Shown here: piece after piece, positions 57,927 through 64,000 of the stretch | Layout: every line of letters starts with the position of its first letter | How positions within the stretch are numbered: the first letter of the stretch is position 1 | Assembly (NCBI GenBank): GCA_023245335.1 | Contig: JAHFKK010000001.1 | Span: 1,098,053-1,162,052 of the forward strand | From: Candidatus Gottesmanbacteria bacterium | GTDB taxonomy: Bacteria; Patescibacteriota; Microgenomatia; UBA10105; UBA927 | Direction of reading: 5' to 3' | Length of the DNA stretch: 64,000 nt | Position numbers and translations under genes: made by a program | The notes under the pieces: generated by a model | Seen by the model: only the letters and a program-made list of their open reading frames with translations | What the model was told of the DNA's origin: nothing | The model's database searches: none

Positions 57927-57998
57927 TGCCCCTAGAAGGAATCGAACCCTCATCTCACCCTTAGGACGGGTTTGCTCTATCCATTGAGCTATAGAGGC
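57927..57998 (-). tRNA. tRNA-Arg (anticodon CCT)
   Basis: Reverse complement folds as a cloverleaf: acceptor GCCTCTA/TAGGGGC, D-loop AATGGATA, anticodon loop xTCCTAA, T-arm GAGGG-TTCGATT-CCTTC. CCA not encoded. Ends about +/-1 nt. Confidence 0.7.
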
Positions 57999-58151
57999 GT
58001 ATGTCTATTATACCATCGTCAACCTCACGGTTGACGTACGTAAGGTTCAGCGGGATACTCTAATTATGTATTCTACTCATCAAAAGGGCTTGTATGGCGG
58101 ATTAGCATTCGCCCTGCGGTTAATTGAAAAAACTACACGGTCCTTCACCCC

Positions 58152-58397
58152 ATGAATCCTAATTCCTGTTATGACTTGGCTATAGAGAAGGATGGTGTTT
58201 TTCAAAGAATCCAGGTAAAATACCTTACATCACGTAAAGGAGTATTACGAATTGAGCTTAAACGTCCAAAACGCAGGACTCTTCCATATCGTGATCGGGG
58301 TATTGATGCGATTGGGATATACGAGTCATCACAAAAAAATATTATCTCATTCCGCTCACATCGATACATACAGTCACCGACTTTTGGTTACGGTTAG
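58152..58397 (+). CDS. Small ORF with PD-(D/E)xK nuclease-like motif (possibly degenerate), located between two tRNA genes
   Basis: 81 aa. YDLAIEKDGVFQRIQVKY resembles the DLxAxDxdGxxxxIExK core of RecB/NucS/Hjc-type nucleases, but with Q at the Glu position. Confidence 0.25.
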   Translation: MNPNSCYDLAIEKDGVFQRIQVKYLTSRKGVLRIELKRPKRRTLPYRDRGIDAIGIYESSQKNIISFRSHRYIQSPTFGYG

Positions 58398-58456
58398 ATA
58401 ACCCGAAGAATAGTCAGCGGACAGGAATTCATTTCGCAAAAGAGTTTGAAATATAG

Positions 58457-58529
58457 CGGGGTGTGGCTCAGTTGGTAGAGCGCTTCGTTCGGGACGAAGA
58501 GGTCGTGAGTTCAAGTCTCACCACCCCGA
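58457..58529 (+). tRNA. tRNA-Pro (anticodon CGG)
   Basis: CGGGGTG acceptor pairing with CACCCCG, D-arm GCTC-AGTTGGTA-GAGC, anticodon stem-loop CTTCG-TTCGGGA-CGAAG, T-arm GTGAG-TTCAAGT-CTCAC, discriminator A. CCA not encoded. Confidence 0.8.
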
Positions 58530-59131
58530 CTCGCTAATTTTGGAAAGGCTCTCTTTGTGATATACTCTGCCTCAATATGGTGGCTCACCTACAAGCAATC
58601 GAGTTAGAACCGACTAATCTGCAAAAAATTGAGGCGCTTGCCGCGCGTCAGGCAGTTGAAAGGTATGGCGTCGGAAGCGCCTATGATAATTTAAGACATC
58701 GGCAGGAAAGACTTCGGGCGCTACTTAAGAACCCCAAAAGAGCACTTCATGCGTGGAACGCATTACCTGATCCCGCCTTCGGGAAGAAAGTCGGGTAACG
58801 GCAAGGGTATTGTACCGTGAGGTATAATACATGTATGGCAACGACAGCACAGATTAGTGTCAGAACTGAATTTGGACCGAGTATCCGGATTACTTTGCCC
58901 TTTCAGGATCAACAAAACATAGTGCGGGGAGCTATGGCAAGTCTTACGCACACGCTTCCGGATCTAGATGAACGAACAATCCTGAATACTCCTTGGCCGA
59001 ATTTCACAAGGCTGCGAAAAAACGCTATTCGAAGGGATTTAACCGCATTTGCCAGAGATAACGCTGAATTCTTGCCTGACGCGTAATCCCCTTCTCGCAA
59101 ATTTCTTCAAAATGCGGTATACTACCCTCTA

Positions 59132-59782
59132 ATGAAGTTATCGTTTTCCTCACGTAACCAGCCCGAAGTACCGCTCCAACCGGACGTAGTTTTGGCTTCA
59201 CAATCCATTGGCCGACGGTCACTTCTCGAAAAGCTGGGCCTTCGATTCCGTGTCGCAGTTACCCGACTGGAAGAAGACAAAATTGTCGACGCTAACCCTA
59301 TCAAAACCATACAAAAACGCGCATCAGCCAAATCACAGGAAGTCATCAACAACCCCCGCATCTACATGATCCCGGAGGATCGTGATGTTGTCCTCATCGC
59401 CGCAGACAGCGAGGCCATAGTCGGCAAAAAGAGCTACGGCAAAGCGGTAGATCGGGACGATGCCACACGTATCCTCAAAGACCTCATGGGTAAAACCCAC
59501 ACGTTCACGACGGCAGTCGTCATCACCCACCTGGCGATGGGCAAAGTGAAAAAAACCTGGACAAAAACAGTAACAACAAAAGTTACACTACGCAAACTGT
59601 CCGGTCCGGAATTAGAAAGTTATGTCACGCATTACGACTTCTCCCGCTTCGCGGCAGGATACGCACTCAACGAAACTCCATGGGACTTGGTAACCAAAAT
59701 TGACGGCAGCTACACCAACGTCATCGGATTACCATTCGAAGTCCTCCTCCCTATCCTCCGGACGCTCAACATAATCGCGTAA
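59132..59782 (+). CDS. maf: Maf-like nucleoside triphosphate pyrophosphatase
   Basis: 216 aa; N-terminal VVLASQSIGRRSLLEKLGLRF (Maf ILAS.SPRR..LL) and overall Maf length and pattern. Confidence 0.75.
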   Translation: MKLSFSSRNQPEVPLQPDVVLASQSIGRRSLLEKLGLRFRVAVTRLEEDKIVDANPIKTIQKRASAKSQEVINNPRIYMIPEDRDVVLIAADSEAIVGKKSYGKAVDRDDATRILKDLMGKTHTFTTAVVITHLAMGKVKKTWTKTVTTKVTLRKLSGPELESYVTHYDFSRFAAGYALNETPWDLVTKIDGSYTNVIGLPFEVLLPILRTLNIIA

Positions 59783-60079
59783 TTCAGCCTGATTTGACAA
59801 GCCGATAGTATTTTTCGTATCATGAGCGCCTTATGACTGAATTCTGCCCATCCTGCAAAGCAGCTGATTCCTGTAAACTCTACGCACGGAACTCAAATAC
59901 AGAAGCCGACCTACAAGCAAGAATTGATCGGTTTCAGACTGCACTGGGCAAACGATTTAACAAACCAGACTTTTCTCATATACAGTCATCTATCGAAGCG
60001 ACAACGGCGAGCATCGAGGAAGCGAGGGGCCGGCACGCGACCGAAATAAAAGGATTCAGATGCTATAGACCCTAATCTT

Positions 60080-60409
60080 ATGAGAGAATCCAACCGGCGC
60101 TTAAGCGGAATAATAGTATCCGGAAGACAGCTTCTTCCGGAGGCACGGCCGTACGAGGTTATTCCCGGTAGTGATCTTACGACAATCGTAGGTTTTCAGG
60201 CGTTACGAAGAGGGTGGGATCGGGTAAGTGAAGCTGCCGCACTTAAAAGGGCCGCAAATAAACGGGGGATCGAGTTTACTGAAATAACAAAAGAAGGCCA
60301 TGTGATTGCGGTCAAGGCAAAAGTGCCTCAGGAACAATTACAGAATATATTGGATAGCATGAATCAACAGGGATTTACGAGAGGAAAAACGCCCGCGAAA
60401 AAAAAGTAA
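60080..60409 (+). CDS. Hypothetical protein
   Basis: 109 aa; no recognisable motif; Lys-rich C-terminus. Confidence 0.25.
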   Translation: MRESNRRLSGIIVSGRQLLPEARPYEVIPGSDLTTIVGFQALRRGWDRVSEAAALKRAANKRGIEFTEITKEGHVIAVKAKVPQEQLQNILDSMNQQGFTRGKTPAKKK

Positions 60410-60453
60410 ATCGCACATCGTACGTTCGCTCGTGCGAGTGTTACAATATCTCC

Positions 60454-61320
60454 ATGGATTCATTCCTAGACCGTATAGACCGCTCACCCATACTTGCCCA
60501 GTTCATCCCGCTTACCCTCACGGTAGTCGTCATGGCGGTACTCATCGCCATTCTGCATGGCTCACTTCTTCTCTTTAATACGCTACCCGTCTCTCAACGG
60601 ATTGTCATGAATTTACGCTGGTATGACATAGTGATCGGTGCCACTATTTATCTCAAAACAAGTATCGACTTTGCCATATTTATGGGCCGTATGATGGCCG
60701 CAAACCCGGGCTGGCGCAACCGCGTGGCGATCGAAATCGGCACGGCCGCGGGGAACGCAATCGGCACTATCGCGATTATCGGCTTATGGGTGCTCCTGAA
60801 AGACATCAGCATTCTCCTTGCGCTCATGGTATTTATCGCTTCACTGGTTTTATTTGAGCTGGCGCACAGTTCTCTCGAACATTTCGTCAGCTGGCAGGCA
60901 GAAGGAGGCATCAAGCGCATGGCATTCTTGGGCCTCCACAATCTCCTGGATGGGGTGAAGAAGCTTATTGACCCCATACTGGTCCGCGTCATGCCGGATT
61001 TGGGTGCGAAAATGCGTGGCCGCGCGGATCTTCCCTGGGCGGGGCTCCTCAGCTTTGCTGTCACCGTACCGTTTATCCTGGGACTCGATGATTTTGCCGG
61101 CTACGTGCCGCTTTTTAATGTCGTCAACGTCTATGGATTTGCGGTCGGCGTTATAGGGGCACATACACTACTCAACATTGCTCTTTTTCTCTCCCCGGCC
61201 CGCACGATACGGGCAGTCCAAAATGAAGTTGTTTCTTTCTTAGGCGCTCTTGCGTTTATCGGGCTTGGAGTTTATGGATTGATAGAGACGGGGAAGATAC
61301 TCATACAACTTGTTCGGTAG
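60454..61320 (+). CDS. Polytopic membrane protein of unknown function
   Basis: 288 aa; about 7-8 hydrophobic helices. Confidence 0.45.
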   Translation: MDSFLDRIDRSPILAQFIPLTLTVVVMAVLIAILHGSLLLFNTLPVSQRIVMNLRWYDIVIGATIYLKTSIDFAIFMGRMMAANPGWRNRVAIEIGTAAGNAIGTIAIIGLWVLLKDISILLALMVFIASLVLFELAHSSLEHFVSWQAEGGIKRMAFLGLHNLLDGVKKLIDPILVRVMPDLGAKMRGRADLPWAGLLSFAVTVPFILGLDDFAGYVPLFNVVNVYGFAVGVIGAHTLLNIALFLSPARTIRAVQNEVVSFLGALAFIGLGVYGLIETGKILIQLVR

Positions 61321-61326
61321 AAAATA

Positions 61327-61665
61327 TTAGAGCCCGCGAACCTTTATACCTTGTTTCCCCCACGCTTTCTGAATGTCTTTTGTTCGCTTATCCAGTTCAT
61401 CTGCTTTTCTCAATAATGCTGTTGACGCTTCGCTTGACCGTGCAAACAGCGACCGCCGGGCAAAACTATTCGCGCTATTTCGAAGTCTGAGTACGACTTC
61501 AATCTGAGAAGCAACTTCCCGTAAGTCTTCTTTGTGTATTACTGTTACCACAACTCTCCTGTCATAACGGCCGCCTTTAGTTCGGATAACGAATGGCTCT
61601 TGGACCCTAGGTCTCCATAACCAGTCATGCGTAGGCTGTATATCTCCGGTTGGTTCCACTTTCAT
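61327..61665 (-). CDS. Hypothetical protein
   Basis: 112 aa; first of four co-oriented small ORFs (61327..62947) without recognisable motifs. Confidence 0.3.
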   Translation of the reverse strand: MKVEPTGDIQPTHDWLWRPRVQEPFVIRTKGGRYDRRVVVTVIHKEDLREVASQIEVVLRLRNSANSFARRSLFARSSEASTALLRKADELDKRTKDIQKAWGKQGIKVRGL

Positions 61666-61709
61666 AAGATGTGTATCCTAATAAATTATCCCAAAAAAAG
61701 CAACTCCCG

Positions 61710-62060
61710 TTACCAATCCTCGAATACACCGCCGCCGAGATACTGATCCACTCGAAATGCCCGAATAGTAAGTTGCTGTATGGCCGAACCAAGCCGCTTC
61801 CGATACGGATCCGCTTCAGAAAGGCTATGGTATAAAGCCTGTTTTTCCCGAATTAGTTTTTCCAGCTTGCCAAGCGTCTGAGCGAGGGGGTTATCCGTTC
61901 TGAATCGGATACGGCCCGGCTCTCTTCGAGCGCTCCTGCCTCCGCGGCCTTTTTCATTTGGGATTACTAACTCCACATGGGGAGAAGGTCTGGGCGGTCT
62001 GATAGGCCTGCCAGGCGTAAATGCACGACCTTTAAATTCGGGAGTTGGCGGTACTGACAT
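61710..62060 (-). CDS. Hypothetical protein
   Basis: 116 aa; Arg/Pro-rich N-terminus. Confidence 0.3.
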   Translation of the reverse strand: MSVPPTPEFKGRAFTPGRPIRPPRPSPHVELVIPNEKGRGGRSARREPGRIRFRTDNPLAQTLGKLEKLIREKQALYHSLSEADPYRKRLGSAIQQLTIRAFRVDQYLGGGVFEDW

Positions 62061-62108
62061 AATGCCGTATTGTACCGGAATCAGGCTGGGACACGCAAAT
62101 ACATAGAC

Positions 62109-62438
62109 TCAGACTGCTAACGGCAAATCGTCGTTTTGAACCCTAAATTGCCGCAGAAATGCTTTTGTACGTGCATATTGAATTTCATACGGAGCCCTTC
62201 GGGTGCCATATCTTGCCGAGGATAGTTCCTGTAATATATCCCGAAACTGCATGAATTGGTCATACGGCAGACTCAAATGCCACATCCGTACACCACGCGC
62301 GCTCGTTTCACCCACCGTGGTTACAAGCCGACCAACTTCATTTATTTCAAACGTACCGTATTGGATGAACTCTATGCGGGGACGATGACGGAATAAATAG
62401 TGCGGGCGTACAACTCTATTTTCAGCCAGGATGGCCAT
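62109..62438 (-). CDS. Hypothetical protein
   Basis: 109 aa. Confidence 0.3.
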   Translation of the reverse strand: MAILAENRVVRPHYLFRHRPRIEFIQYGTFEINEVGRLVTTVGETSARGVRMWHLSLPYDQFMQFRDILQELSSARYGTRRAPYEIQYARTKAFLRQFRVQNDDLPLAV

Positions 62439-62590
62439 ACGTTACCCGAAATATATACCTAAACACCTCGAGTTTGCAACTTTTTCGAAAAAAACGTTGT
62501 CAAACCAATGCAAATACGTTAATACTCGCAACAATTCCGATTGTGAAGGGTATATCGCGATGTCGCCGTCAAATCAAATTCCGTGACGGA

Positions 62591-62947
62591 TTAATAGACT
62601 AAATCTCGTATAGAGCCTGGCTCGATACCGTGTTTACCCACGACAATTCCCTTACGAAACAGGTGCCAGCGCGTGATGAGAGCGGCATCGCGCAGATATT
62701 GCGCTTTCATTTTCGAGGAACGCTGCGCTCTTCGTTCCAACTGAAGCACCCGCACAATATCCGGCAAATTCGTCTGGATATCCTCGGCTGTGCCGCCTCG
62801 TACTCTGGTAGGAAGGTGGAAATGCCCGTTTCCGTCACGGAGAGATATTTGTACGGTGTGGCGGCGGGAAAGCCAACCTTTTATCCCCGGTTCTTTTGTA
62901 ACCGGACTGCACGCAAATTCCGCTGTTGGTCCATTCTGGCCCATCAT
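62591..62947 (-). CDS. Hypothetical protein
   Basis: 118 aa. Confidence 0.3.
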   Translation of the reverse strand: MMGQNGPTAEFACSPVTKEPGIKGWLSRRHTVQISLRDGNGHFHLPTRVRGGTAEDIQTNLPDIVRVLQLERRAQRSSKMKAQYLRDAALITRWHLFRKGIVVGKHGIEPGSIRDLVY

Positions 62948-63279
62948 GCTGACCGCATCCTACCGTTTCAGCCTCAAAATTGCAACCTATGCGCATGGCA
63001 CGACGACGGTTTGACTTTACCCTGCTACGGATCTATAGTGCGGCTGAAACTATGAGCGTTATCCACGAAGTCGCTCAGAGAAACGTAGATGAAAATCCCG
63101 TCTATACAGTACAGGATGTGTTACAACGCGGCCGGATACTTGCGTATCCTCACCAAACCGGACCGTTTGTAGTGGGTGATGGATATGTCGGCGACAGATT
63201 CGTAGCACCGATAGAGACCACAATCTCAGTGGAGGGCCACATTGACACCATAGAAGACCTGACCCCCTGACCGACAAGA

Positions 63280-63696
63280 TCAATAGAGATCCTGAGGCGC
63301 GAAAAGCAACCCTATCTCTTTTTGCGCCGCCTCGGCGGAATCGGAACGGTGAACGACGTTATGAGGCTTGTCGACGCCGTAGTCTCGACGGATGGTACCG
63401 GGCTTCGCTTCAGCCGGATCCGTAGGACCGCATATATCAAAGACTTTTTGAATCGCTCCCTCGCCGGTAAGAACCATGGCAACCACAGGGGTCGACATCA
63501 TTTGTTTGGAAAGCTCTGGGAAAAACGGTTTGTCTTTGTGATGGGCATACCACACATCAAGGATGTGCTGAGTCAGTTGGACCAGCTTTAATGCGGTAAG
63601 AGATAGTCCTGCGCGTTCAAACCGATCGATAATCTGACCGACGACGTGCTTTTCCATCCCATCGGGTTTAATAAGAACGACTGTTTTTTCTATCAT
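63280..63696 (-). CDS. ndk: Nucleoside diphosphate kinase
   Basis: 138 aa; VLIKPDG, NVVHRSDS (NxxHxSD active-site His) and overall NDK pattern. Confidence 0.9.
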   Translation of the reverse strand: MIEKTVVLIKPDGMEKHVVGQIIDRFERAGLSLTALKLVQLTQHILDVWYAHHKDKPFFPELSKQMMSTPVVAMVLTGEGAIQKVFDICGPTDPAEAKPGTIRRDYGVDKPHNVVHRSDSAEAAQKEIGLLFAPQDLY

Positions 63697-63932
63697 ATTT
63701 TCTCCTTTTTATGCCAATGAAACATCATACCCAATCTCGGAATTGTCTCTATGCTTTCCTCTCCGAATTTTTGTCGGAGTCTTTGCGTCGTAGCAGTTAC
63801 AGAAACCTCTGTAACACCAAGTAATACCGCTAACTCTCCCCTATTCCAACGCCTGTCAGCTATAAGCTTAAGAAGCTCATGTTCCCCCTCCGTAACACGC
63901 ACGCCCATATATGTTTGTTGATTTTTAGTCAT
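63693..63932 (-). CDS. Small putative HTH DNA-binding protein
   Basis: 79 aa; LLKLIADRRWNRGELAVLLGVTEVSVTATTQRLRQKF is HTH-like. Overlaps the ndk start by 4 nt. Confidence 0.3.
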   Translation of the reverse strand: MTKNQQTYMGVRVTEGEHELLKLIADRRWNRGELAVLLGVTEVSVTATTQRLRQKFGEESIETIPRLGMMFHWHKKEKI

Positions 63933-64000
63933 TTTGCGAAGGGTTTTAAGTATATCAGGTTTGAGTATGAAAAAAAATATCTTGAATCTTCCCCTCTCGC

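Overview
This 64-kb window looks like a gene-dense bacterial chromosome segment with roughly 50% GC (estimated by eye). The gene content suggests a CPR/Patescibacteria-type organism, but that is an inference: archaeal-type CoA enzymes, many glycosyltransferases and huge surface proteins are the basis. No rRNA, CRISPR array, transposase or integrase is recognisable.

The window contains four main blocks:
- A rearranged ribosomal block (nusG ... rplK-rplA-rplJ-rplL) interrupted by membrane and surface-protein genes. It lacks the usual downstream rpoBC, and an odd duplication of the rplL 3' end flanks a small palindromic element.
- A compact minus-strand oxidative pentose-phosphate operon (zwf-gnd-pgl-rpiB-rpe) next to deoC. 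Nearby are a GalT-family enzyme, an archaeal-type PPAT/DPCK fusion and an HD-GYP protein.
- A large cell-envelope glycosylation neighbourhood: NodU-type carbamoyltransferase, GDP-fucose synthase, GT2, two GT-C/TPR membrane glycosyltransferases, a sugar C-methyltransferase, four paralogous GT4 genes, a GlgA-like GT5, a WecB/TagA GT26 and mreB.
- The stand-out feature: a ~9.6-kb gene (31345..40905, minus strand) encoding a ~3,190-aa N-terminally anchored protein. It carries about 1,900 residues of uninterrupted Thr-rich collagen-like G-X-Y repeats ([10 protein letters not shown]...), a ~950-aa globular C-terminal region and a Pro/Thr/Ser tail. Immediately upstream and co-oriented is an unusual one-component regulator that fuses an HTH domain, a polytopic membrane region and an extracytoplasmic Cache domain.

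Two tRNAs are present (Arg-CCT and Pro-CGG). Several repeated intergenic motifs and hairpins are described below.
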